From positions 1 to 51,122 of the forward strand of contig CAYOML010000007.1 in assembly GCA_964405095.1 (NCBI GenBank): DNA of 51,122 nucleotides, in the 5' to 3' direction. The stretch is from an uncultured Candidatus Saccharibacteria bacterium (GTDB lineage: Bacteria > Patescibacteriota > Saccharimonadia > Saccharimonadales > EFPC-124). The notes under the pieces were generated by a model. It did not search any database. It saw nothing but the letters and a program-made list of their open reading frames with translations, and was not told the origin of the DNA. Shown here piece by piece: positions 9,097-17,357 of the stretch (position 1 is its first letter; the number at the start of each line of letters is the position of its first letter). Position numbers and translations under genes: made by a program.

Positions 9097-9178
9097 GCGG
9101 CCACGTGGTTTGCCCCTAGTTTTATTTTTTAGGGTACTAAAAAAGTAAAACTGGGGCGGCCCCACCACGTGTCACCCC
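9097..9178 (-). repeat. Copy 1 of an ~85-bp palindromic repeat family (GGGGTGACACGTGG...GGGGCGGCCCC...AT-rich centre...TAGGGGCAAACCACGTGGC), in reverse orientation relative to copy 2
   Basis: The reverse complement aligns base-for-base at both ends with 24069-24154, with an identical 14-mer GGGGTGACACGTGG. Confidence 0.7.
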
Positions 9179-9262
9179 TTTTTAAACGGTTGTAAACAAC
9201 CGATAGAACCTGCTACACTTACGGTAGTCAAGTAACCATAAGTGGTTTTACTATATATAGGG

Positions 9263-10027
9263 ATGGGAAAACTAATTGTCGCCAATTGGAAGATGCATTT
9301 TACCGTAGGTGCGGCTAGTTTGTTTTTGCACAAATTGCAAGGGGCTGTGCCGACATACAAAGACACCGAGGTCGTGTTGTGCCCGAACACTCTAACTCTT
9401 CAGTCGTTATCATTACAAGTTGATCGGCGCAAGTTTAAGCTTGGTGCTCAGAATTGTTATCACCAAGATGAAGGTGCCTTTACTGGTGAGGTTTCGGCCT
9501 CGATGCTGCGTAGCATCGTTAATTATGTATTGGTTGGCCACTCCGAACGGCGCCATGTTTTTGGCGAAGACGACAAGCTGGTTGCTCTTAAAGTTCAGGC
9601 GGTTTTGCGTAACAATTTACGGCCAATTTTATGTGTCGGCGAAACTAGTCATGAGCGCACCAACGGTGAAACTCCCCATGTTCTGCACGAGCAAGTCACT
9701 ACTGGCCTGGCTAACGTGACGAGTGAAGAAATCGAGCGTGTAGTAATTGCTTACGAACCAGTTTGGGCGATTGGTAGTGATCATAGTGACACCCCAGACG
9801 ATGCGGCTATATCTAGTAAGTTGATCCGCAACCATGTTGACGCGCTGTTTGGTCGGAAGGCCGCGGCCCGAATTCAAATACTCTATGGTGGCAGTGTTGA
9901 TGCTGAGGATGCCGGTGCCTTCTTGGCGGTCAGCGGCATTGACGGTCTGTTGATTGGCGGTAGCAGCCTTAAAGCGCAGACCTTCGCCAAAATAGTACAG
10001 AGGTCACATGATTTACAAGCGGTATAA
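9263..10027 (+). CDS. tpiA: Triosephosphate isomerase
   Basis: MGKLIVANWKMH..., the active-site motif and overall TIM pattern. Confidence 0.9.
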   Translation: MGKLIVANWKMHFTVGAASLFLHKLQGAVPTYKDTEVVLCPNTLTLQSLSLQVDRRKFKLGAQNCYHQDEGAFTGEVSASMLRSIVNYVLVGHSERRHVFGEDDKLVALKVQAVLRNNLRPILCVGETSHERTNGETPHVLHEQVTTGLANVTSEEIERVVIAYEPVWAIGSDHSDTPDDAAISSKLIRNHVDALFGRKAAARIQILYGGSVDAEDAGAFLAVSGIDGLLIGGSSLKAQTFAKIVQRSHDLQAV

Positions 10028-10044
10028 AACTAAGGGGTGAGCAA

Positions 10045-11292
10045 ATGAAAGAAATGGATCTTGAGGAACTCGACCAAGAGGTAAGCAAACTGATGGATCA
10101 GGCCAGCAAAGCTAAGGCCAAGCCGGCTAGCGAGCCGCCAGCAGTAGCTTCGACCCCCAAAGTTGCCGATGATAGTGCCGGGACTCCGGTTACTGTCCGC
10201 CGTGCCAGCTTGCAAATCACCCCTCGCAAGCAAGGCATTGCCATGGATATTGTGCAGCCCCAAGTTGCCACACCACCACCGCCTAGTAGTCGTCCGGCCC
10301 GTGTAGCACCAACTCTGCAGCCGACTAAGTCAGTAGCGCCTGACGAGCCTGGTGAAGTTGAGCCGGCTGAAAAGGTTGAAAAAGAAGAACCTAAGGCCCA
10401 AAAAGACGATGTTAGCGATAGCACTTTGGCTGCAATCGATCTAAAAACCGATGGTAAAACACAGCCGTCGCCAACCGAGCCAGACGAAACTATTCATAAA
10501 TCGGTATGGCCCGACCCACTTGAATTACATGGCTTTAAAGAAGACGATGGCAAAAAACAAGAAAAGGAACCAGCTACTGCCGAAGAGGATAAAGAAGACG
10601 ACAAGCCAGCTCCCGAACCACAGCCAACTATGCAACATACTACAGTAATTACGCCACCAACTGCCGATGAAGACGAGGCTAACGAAGAACAAGACGAAAA
10701 ACGACCCGAAGAAGTCACAGAAGAACCAGAGGTCAAAGACACCGCCGACGCTGACGAAGAGGTTAGTAAAAAATCCGACAGTCCGTTCGTAGATACCAAA
10801 GTCGAAAAACGTCCACTCGGTGCCTATACCGATACTAAACCGGTAGATTCACCAAAGATCGACGATCCTACGCGAGACGGTCACGCTATGTCTGAAGAGC
10901 CAGCTGCAACTCACGGTGAACCGGCCAGTATTGCTATTCAAACCCCTAAAGAGCTCAGTGCCGAAGTAGTCGCTGTCGAAAGTGCCGAGCCAGAATTTAC
11001 ACCTGGTGCTCCTAAAACCGCCGAGGCTGATGAACCAAGCGACATGGACAGCCTACGCCAAATGACTATTCCTCAGCAGTACCACGAAACCGAAAAAGAA
11101 CCCAGCCACGAAGACCGACCAGTATTCGATACAAAAGAATACCACCCGCCGCTTCAGCCGGCGCCAGCCGCACCTCACCCTGGCCGAGCGGGTACCATAA
11201 TCACCATAATCTTGATCCTATTAATGATATCGGCCGCTACTCTGGCCTACTTTGTAGTGACAGGCACGATTGACATTTCGCGGTTGCTGTAA
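10045..11292 (+). CDS. Acidic, Pro/Glu/Lys-rich low-complexity protein with a single C-terminal transmembrane anchor
   Basis: AAGGGG RBS. The composition is strongly acidic and disordered. The C-terminus IITIILILLMISAATLAYFVV is a TM helix. Confidence 0.5.
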   Translation: MKEMDLEELDQEVSKLMDQASKAKAKPASEPPAVASTPKVADDSAGTPVTVRRASLQITPRKQGIAMDIVQPQVATPPPPSSRPARVAPTLQPTKSVAPDEPGEVEPAEKVEKEEPKAQKDDVSDSTLAAIDLKTDGKTQPSPTEPDETIHKSVWPDPLELHGFKEDDGKKQEKEPATAEEDKEDDKPAPEPQPTMQHTTVITPPTADEDEANEEQDEKRPEEVTEEPEVKDTADADEEVSKKSDSPFVDTKVEKRPLGAYTDTKPVDSPKIDDPTRDGHAMSEEPAATHGEPASIAIQTPKELSAEVVAVESAEPEFTPGAPKTAEADEPSDMDSLRQMTIPQQYHETEKEPSHEDRPVFDTKEYHPPLQPAPAAPHPGRAGTIITIILILLMISAATLAYFVVTGTIDISRLL

Positions 11293-11337
11293 GAATTACG
11301 CGGGGCCAGCCAGCCCTCATGTTGCTACAATAGAGCG

Positions 11338-13488
11338 GTGAATAACGAACATCTGTTAGTCGGGCTTAACCCGGCTCAGCGCGAGGCAGCCGAAACAACC
11401 GAAGGGCCGGTGCTTATTCTGGCCGGTGCTGGTTCGGGTAAGACCAAAACGCTGATGCACCGGATTGCTTACATTATTGGTAGCAACAAAGCCCGGCCCA
11501 ATCAGGTTCTAGCCGTGACTTTTACTAATAAAGCTGCCAAAGAGATGCGTGAGAGACTGGCTCGTTTAATTGGCGAACATAGCGAAGACCGCGCCTTCAT
11601 GCCGTTTATGGGTACTTTTCACTCAATTTGCGTGCGACTGCTACGATTTGACGGCGAACACATCCAAGTACCAAAAAATTTTGTAATCTTCGATGAAAGC
11701 GACCGTCAATCAGCCGTTAAACAGGCCTTGCGACAACTGGGGGTGAGTGAAAAACAATACAGCCCCGGCTCTATTAGCAACCTGATCAGTAGTGCCAAGA
11801 ATGAGCTTATGCCACCCGCCGAATATATGGCCGAGGCTCGCTTGCCACTTCAAAAAATTGCCGCCGATGCTTATGGGATTTACGAGAGGATTCGCAAAGA
11901 AGCCGCCGCGCTGGACTTTGACGATTTAATTGGCGAAACGGTGCGATTACTCAAAACCGTGCCGGCTGTACGCGAAAAGTGGCAGCAACAATTTAAGTAT
12001 GTGCTTATAGACGAATACCAGGACACCAATGCAGCGCAGTACAATCTTGTTAAACTGTTGACCAATAAACAACATAATCTATGTGTGGTTGGTGATGACT
12101 GGCAGAGTATCTACAGTTGGCGTGGTGCTGATTTTAAGAACATTCTAAACTTTGAACGTGACTATCCCAAGGCGCTAGTCGTAAAGCTCGAACAAAACTA
12201 CCGCAGCACCAAAAATATTCTAGACGCCGCCCATAACGTGATTAGCAAAAATATTCAGCGCAGCGACAAGGCCTTATGGACCAAGTCCGGAAACGGTGCG
12301 CCGGTACAGATACAGTTTGTGAATACAGAAAGCCACGAAGGCGAATTAGTTGTTAGTCGTATAAAAAATGCTACTCAGCTGAAAATTCGCCGCTACAAAG
12401 ATTTTGCAATTTTATACCGCACCAACGCCCAGTCGCGGGCGCTAGAAGAAGCGCTAATCCGCTATGGTGTGCCATACCGAATTGTCGGTGGCGTGCGGTT
12501 TTACGACCGCAAAGAAATTAAAGATTTAATTGCCTACTTGCGTCTTTTGTATCAACCAGCCGACCGTGCTAGTTTTTTGCGAGTGGTTAACGTACCAACC
12601 CGAGGCCTAGGCGATGTGTCGGTTCAGAAGTTTTTGGATTGGCAGGCGGTTGGTGGCTTAACTTTAGTGCAAGCGTTGGAGCATGCCGAAACCGCCACCA
12701 TGCTCACGCCCAAAGCTCGCAAGAGTTTTGCTGATCTTGGCGAAATGCTGGCGAGGTTAAAAGAGGTGAGTGAAACGCTGAGCTTACCGGATCTGATCGA
12801 GGCTCTGATTAAACGCTTGGGCTATCTTAATCATCTGGATGATGGCAGTTTGCAAGCCGAGGATCGTGCCGAAAACGTCAAAGAGCTGGTTTCGGTGGCG
12901 CGGGAATATGCCGACCTCGGCTTGGTTGGCTTTTTGGAAGAAGTCGCCCTAATCTCTGATCTGGATGCCGTTCAGGCCGACCAAGACGCTGTGTTACTAA
13001 TGACCATGCATGCTGCTAAAGGTTTGGAATTTCCGGTGGTATTTATGACCGGCATGGAGGAGAGCATCTTTCCGAGCAGCCGTGCCCTGTATGACCAAGA
13101 AGATATGGAAGAAGAACGCAGGCTATGTTATGTAGGTATGACCCGCGCCCGCGAAGAGCTGGTTTTGACTAGCGCCGCGACGCGAATGCTATACGGCAGC
13201 ATGCAGCATAATCCGCCATCACGTTTTTTGGCAGACATTGACGGCAAAGCCGATCTGGTCCATACCCCAACTTTTGGCTTTACACAGCCTGCCAACTTGT
13301 CCGAAGATCCGTTCGAACCGCGTGTCGTGCCCGAGGACTTGGGGCTAGCAGTCGGCGACCGTGTACGTCACCAGGTTTTCGGCCATGGCCAAGTTGTTGG
13401 CATCGACGGTCGGTCGGTATCTATCAGCTTTGGCAGTCGCGGCATTAAAAAGCTCAACCTCGATTTTGCCCCACTCGAGAGAGTTTGA
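11338..13488 (+). CDS. uvrD: UvrD/PcrA-family ATP-dependent DNA helicase (GTG start)
   Basis: Walker A AGAGSGKTKTL and helicase motifs (VDEYQDTN, TNYRST, TMHAAKGLEF). Confidence 0.9.
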   Translation: MNNEHLLVGLNPAQREAAETTEGPVLILAGAGSGKTKTLMHRIAYIIGSNKARPNQVLAVTFTNKAAKEMRERLARLIGEHSEDRAFMPFMGTFHSICVRLLRFDGEHIQVPKNFVIFDESDRQSAVKQALRQLGVSEKQYSPGSISNLISSAKNELMPPAEYMAEARLPLQKIAADAYGIYERIRKEAAALDFDDLIGETVRLLKTVPAVREKWQQQFKYVLIDEYQDTNAAQYNLVKLLTNKQHNLCVVGDDWQSIYSWRGADFKNILNFERDYPKALVVKLEQNYRSTKNILDAAHNVISKNIQRSDKALWTKSGNGAPVQIQFVNTESHEGELVVSRIKNATQLKIRRYKDFAILYRTNAQSRALEEALIRYGVPYRIVGGVRFYDRKEIKDLIAYLRLLYQPADRASFLRVVNVPTRGLGDVSVQKFLDWQAVGGLTLVQALEHAETATMLTPKARKSFADLGEMLARLKEVSETLSLPDLIEALIKRLGYLNHLDDGSLQAEDRAENVKELVSVAREYADLGLVGFLEEVALISDLDAVQADQDAVLLMTMHAAKGLEFPVVFMTGMEESIFPSSRALYDQEDMEEERRLCYVGMTRAREELVLTSAATRMLYGSMQHNPPSRFLADIDGKADLVHTPTFGFTQPANLSEDPFEPRVVPEDLGLAVGDRVRHQVFGHGQVVGIDGRSVSISFGSRGIKKLNLDFAPLERV

Positions 13489-13557
13489 TGATTTAAAGCA
13501 AATATTATATAATACAACAATCTAAGGAGAGGTTCTCCTTAGTGAGAGGGGAGAGTC

Positions 13558-13824
13558 ATGACTCTGCCATACGCGATTGCGTTGGCTACGTGTGTGCCGA
13601 TTGTGGCCGTGATGGTCACCATCGCTGGCGGTGTTTTGAAGCATGGTGCGTGGGTGTTCCTTGCGGCGCTGGTGTTTATCGCAGCGCTGGCAGGAACTAT
13701 CGTACTAGACTTTCATATCCACAGTCTGACGACTGGTGACATGAGTCTCGGCATCCTTGGCCAGATCGTGGCATTCGTTGTCGCTGCATTTATTTGGGCA
13801 GCGGCGGTTGAGAAGCATACGTAG
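13558..13824 (+). CDS. Small hydrophobic membrane protein (88 aa) in a high-GC patch
   Basis: Two predicted TM helices. A GAGGGGAGAG RBS precedes the start. Confidence 0.4.
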   Translation: MTLPYAIALATCVPIVAVMVTIAGGVLKHGAWVFLAALVFIAALAGTIVLDFHIHSLTTGDMSLGILGQIVAFVVAAFIWAAAVEKHT

Positions 13825-13840
13825 GAGGTAGTGCGTGGCC

Positions 13841-13864
13841 GGGGGCCCGCGCGAGCGGGCCCCC
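13841..13864. terminator. GC-rich perfect hairpin GGGGGCCCGC-GCGA-GCGGGCCCCC
   Basis: A 10-bp perfect stem lies after the small membrane protein gene. Confidence 0.5.
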
Positions 13865-13996
13865 AACCCAACTTCCCCTCTCTTTGCCGTCAATATTTTA
13901 GTAAATATTCTGACGAGTCCAACGTAAGGACGAAACGGCGATAAACCTAAGCCAGTCAATTACACTTTGTAGTTAATAACATGATTAAATATATGT

Positions 13997-14506
13997 ATGT
14001 TAAAGCCTAAACACGCCAAGGCCAAAAAGGACGATGGTCGCGTTAAAAGAGCTTATGCGGGGCTTGGGCGAGCTGCCCACAAAACCGCGGCGCCACTGCT
14101 GCGCGCAGTATTTGATGAAAAACATGTGCGAGTTAGAGTTCTTATTTTGAGCGATACTTCCGAAGTCTTACTTGTGAGGAGTTGGTTAGGAAACCAGAAG
14201 TGGAGCCTACCAGGTGGTGGGATCCGCCGCGACGAAAGACCAGCCGAGGCCGCCGTGCGAGAAGTTTATGAAGAAACTGGCATTAGGATCGCGATTGACG
14301 ATTTACATGAGCTTGGCTCGTTTACCCATCCTGACCCTAAGCGCCGTTACACCATTGCCTGTTATAAAGTTGATATTCCAAAGCGCCCTCCGCGGATTGC
14401 GCGCCATCGCCGGCTAGAAATGCTCGATGTCGGCTGGTTCCCACTTACCAGTATGCCCAGTGATCGGGGTGCGATGGTCGATATGGCAGTCGCCTTGCTT
14501 GGCTAG
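13997..14506 (+). CDS. NUDIX hydrolase
   Basis: Nudix box GGGIRRDERPAEAAVREVYEETGI. Confidence 0.8.
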   Translation: MLKPKHAKAKKDDGRVKRAYAGLGRAAHKTAAPLLRAVFDEKHVRVRVLILSDTSEVLLVRSWLGNQKWSLPGGGIRRDERPAEAAVREVYEETGIRIAIDDLHELGSFTHPDPKRRYTIACYKVDIPKRPPRIARHRRLEMLDVGWFPLTSMPSDRGAMVDMAVALLG

Positions 14507-14534
14507 ACTTGCTATAATTAGATCCAAGCATTCT

Positions 14535-15689
14535 ATGGGAATTCTTCATTTATGGGGGTTTAGCCGAGTATGGATGCGGTGGGTCGCCCTAGGCGGCCTG
14601 GCGCTGGTGTGTTTGCTGTGGTTGGGTTTTAGTAACCCAGCACCTATCAGGGCCGAAAGCCAACGAGTCATCACTATTTATCATGATGGAGAAGAACAAA
14701 CCGTAGTGACCGACGCTGCAACAATCGGCGAAGCCCTGCAACGCGGAAACGTCAATCTAGATAGCCACGATGCGGTCGAGCCCGCCCGCGATACGCAACT
14801 TATTGCCCCCAGTTACAACATTAATATTTATCGTGCTCGGCCTGTCACGGTGGTCGATGGTAATGAGCGCTATCAGGTTATGAGCGCTCACACCAGCGCC
14901 CGCCAGATTGCGGCCGACGCTGGTTTAACGCTATATGATGAGGACGCCTACGACCTGGCCCGGATCGATAATTTTGTGGCCGAAGATAGTTTGGGTTTAA
15001 AGCTGACCATTCACCGCTCGGTGGCAGTTAAGTTGTTACTGTACGGCCGAGAGATTGAAATGCGCACACTAGCCACAAATGTAGAGCAGTTTATAAAAGA
15101 AAAAGAACTCGTGCCCCAGGCAGACGACCAAGTTTGGCCTGCAGCTAATACGCCGATAACCGATGGTGTAACTATTGCATTGTACGCGGCTGGCACCATG
15201 GATATTGTCGAAGAGCCAGTAGCCTTTGCAGTCAAAAAGATTCAAGACGCCGACAGACCGATTGGCTACCAAGAGGTTCAAACTGCTGGCCAGCCCGGTC
15301 GTCGGTTTGTCATCTACAAGATTGACAGCGGAGTACGCACCGAGCTACAAAGTTACGTCTTAGTGCAGCCTAAAGAGCAGATCGAAATTGTTGGCACTAA
15401 ATCACCGGGTTTTGATGGCGACTTTGCTACTGCGTTAGCCGCCTTGCGCAATTGTGAAGCTCGCGCCAACGGCTACACCACAAATACCGGCAACGGTTTT
15501 TACGGTGCATACCAATTTACACTTACCACCTGGCGTTCTCATGCTCCAGATGGTTGGAAGGACGTGCTGCCTAGTACAGCGCCACCCTCAGTTCAGGATG
15601 CTGCCGCGGTCCACCTCTATAACGCCCGTGGGTGGCAACCATGGCCGGCTTGCAGTGAAAAACTCGGTTTGCAGGATATTTATCGCTAA
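14535..15689 (+). CDS. RpfB-like resuscitation-promoting-factor protein (DUF348 repeats - G5 - C-terminal Rpf-type lytic transglycosylase domain)
   Basis: The C-terminus GYTTNTGNGFYGAYQFTLTTW...WQPWPAC matches the Rpf transglycosylase-like domain. G5-like and DUF348-like segments lie upstream. An N-terminal signal/TM segment is present. Confidence 0.7.
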   Translation: MGILHLWGFSRVWMRWVALGGLALVCLLWLGFSNPAPIRAESQRVITIYHDGEEQTVVTDAATIGEALQRGNVNLDSHDAVEPARDTQLIAPSYNINIYRARPVTVVDGNERYQVMSAHTSARQIAADAGLTLYDEDAYDLARIDNFVAEDSLGLKLTIHRSVAVKLLLYGREIEMRTLATNVEQFIKEKELVPQADDQVWPAANTPITDGVTIALYAAGTMDIVEEPVAFAVKKIQDADRPIGYQEVQTAGQPGRRFVIYKIDSGVRTELQSYVLVQPKEQIEIVGTKSPGFDGDFATALAALRNCEARANGYTTNTGNGFYGAYQFTLTTWRSHAPDGWKDVLPSTAPPSVQDAAAVHLYNARGWQPWPACSEKLGLQDIYR

Positions 15690-16111
15690 TGGTTCATACA
15701 TTTGATGGATTTAATTATCTGATACGACTCGACAAGGGCGACCGCCTGAGCGAAGTCATAGAAAAGTTTGTGACCGAAACCAAAATTGACGGCGCCTGGG
15801 TTAATGGTGTCGGCGGCGCGCTAGAAGTTACGCTTGGGTTTTACGATCTGGATAAGAAAGAATACCAGTGGAAAATCTTCGATCAGCTACGTGAAATCGC
15901 CAGTTTGCAGGGCAACCTTGCGGTTAACGAAGAAGGTAAGGCCGTGTTTCATCTGCACGGAGTCTTCAGTGATAACAATTATCAAACTATAGCCGGTCAT
16001 GTAAAAGATTTGGTGGCTGCCGCTACCGTCGAGTTATTTATCCATCGCAGTTATAAACCGATCCACCGCAAACTAGATAGCAACGTGGGTTTGTCGACAC
16101 TCGATATTTGA
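15689..16111 (+). CDS. PPC/DUF296 (PCC) domain protein
   Basis: GFNYLIRLDKGDRLSEVIEKFVTETKIDGAWVNGVGGALEVTL fits the DUF296 pattern. Confidence 0.55.
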   Translation: MVHTFDGFNYLIRLDKGDRLSEVIEKFVTETKIDGAWVNGVGGALEVTLGFYDLDKKEYQWKIFDQLREIASLQGNLAVNEEGKAVFHLHGVFSDNNYQTIAGHVKDLVAAATVELFIHRSYKPIHRKLDSNVGLSTLDI

Positions 16112-16890
16112 GCATGCAAAATAAAGATTTAGGCCAGCACTGGTTGTTCGACGAGGAAAGCCTCGATGGTGTTTGCAGCGCTGCCCATTTAAGCATGGCC
16201 GATACTGTGCTTGAAATTGGACCGGGTCTCGGGCCGTTAACTAATAAACTTGTTACGCGCGTAAAGCAGGTTGTAGCAGTAGAGTTAGACATAGAGCTGG
16301 CCGGAAGGTTGTCAGAGCGTGTCAAAGCCAAGAACTTGCAAGTTGTACATGGCGATATTGTTGGCTTTGATCTGGCACGGCTACCGGTTGGCTACAAAGT
16401 TGTCGCCAATGTTCCTTACTACCTCACCAGCAAGATCATCAGGTTATTACTAGAATCGCCGACACCACCGAGCATCGCGGTATTGTTGGTACAAAAAGAG
16501 GTGGCCGAACGACTGGCAGCCAAGCCTGGAGATATGAGCATTTTAGGAGTAAGTGCCCAGTTGTATGCCAAAGTACGACTTGGCATTGTGGTCACCGCCG
16601 ATAAATTTGATCCGCCGCCGAAAGTAGATTCACAGGTAATTATTTTTGAACATCGCCGAGAGCCACTATTTGGTGATATGGACGTCAAATTGTTTTTCCT
16701 AATAGTTAAAGCCGGTTTTGGCGAAAAAAGAAAGACTCTTCGCAACAGTTTAAGCGGCGGGCTTAATCTTACCAAAGCCGAATCGGAGAAGCTTTTACAA
16801 AACGCAGGGGTTGATGCGGGCCGTAGGGCAGAGTCGTTAACACTTGATGAATGGTATGCACTTAGTAAAGCTTATGGCTCAATAAACTAG
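16108..16890 (+). CDS. rsmA: 16S rRNA (adenine1518/1519-N6)-dimethyltransferase RsmA/KsgA
   Basis: LGQHWL..., the SAM-binding EIGPGLGPLT motif and NVPYYLTS. Confidence 0.9.
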   Translation: MSMQNKDLGQHWLFDEESLDGVCSAAHLSMADTVLEIGPGLGPLTNKLVTRVKQVVAVELDIELAGRLSERVKAKNLQVVHGDIVGFDLARLPVGYKVVANVPYYLTSKIIRLLLESPTPPSIAVLLVQKEVAERLAAKPGDMSILGVSAQLYAKVRLGIVVTADKFDPPPKVDSQVIIFEHRREPLFGDMDVKLFFLIVKAGFGEKRKTLRNSLSGGLNLTKAESEKLLQNAGVDAGRRAESLTLDEWYALSKAYGSIN

Positions 16891-16898
16891 AGCCTTTG

Positions 16899-16931
16899 GG
16901 ATGGCGCCGACCACCATGGTCGGCGCCATCC
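16899..16931. terminator. Bidirectional terminator hairpin GGATGGCGCCGACC-ACCATG-GGTCGGCGCCATCC
   Basis: A 14-bp perfect inverted repeat lies between the convergent genes rsmA and the BldC-like gene. Confidence 0.55.
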
Positions 16932-16940
16932 TTCGAAGGG

Positions 16941-17144
16941 TCAACTGGCGGCGTGGTCGTTCTTTCCGTCTGCCTCACGCTCGAGCAACGCACGAACTTC
17001 GCTCTCGCGAAAACGTCGGTGCCCGCCGGGTGTGCGGATCGAGTCGAGACGACCTGCTGCTGCCCATCGCGTAACTGTTTTGGGGTCGACGCGGAACAGG
17101 GCAGCCACTTCGCCTGGTGTTAATAGGCGATCACCAGTGTCCAT
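16941..17144 (-). CDS. Small MerR/excisionase-family HTH DNA-binding protein (BldC-like), 68 aa
   Basis: LLTPGEVAALFRVDPKTVTRWAAAGRLDSIRTPGGHRRF. A GGAGGTGG RBS precedes the ATG at 17144. Confidence 0.6.
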   Translation of the reverse strand: MDTGDRLLTPGEVAALFRVDPKTVTRWAAAGRLDSIRTPGGHRRFRESEVRALLEREADGKNDHAAS

Positions 17145-17357
17145 CCAAACCACCTCCTCGGTGTACTGCAAAGTATATATTGTAAAACTAAACATAGCAA
17201 AAGAAGATTTTTGACGATTGGCAACCACCGTGCTAACGTAGTTAAGATATGACAACGTTTCCTTACTTGTTACCAACGATGTACACGATGCCCGCTCGGG
17301 GCGTTTAATTTTTGCACCTCAAGAATCTGTTATCATCGTAAGTAAGGAACTAAAAAC

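Noticed and set aside
10098-10799. Antisense ORFs (108 aa, 101 aa) within the acidic protein gene. The same applies to many 60-120 aa ORFs antisense to ppsA, uvrA, alaS and the ABC genes.
   Set aside because: They sit inside well-supported genes on the opposite strand. Their low-complexity Ser/Gly/Ala composition mirrors the sense-strand codon bias.
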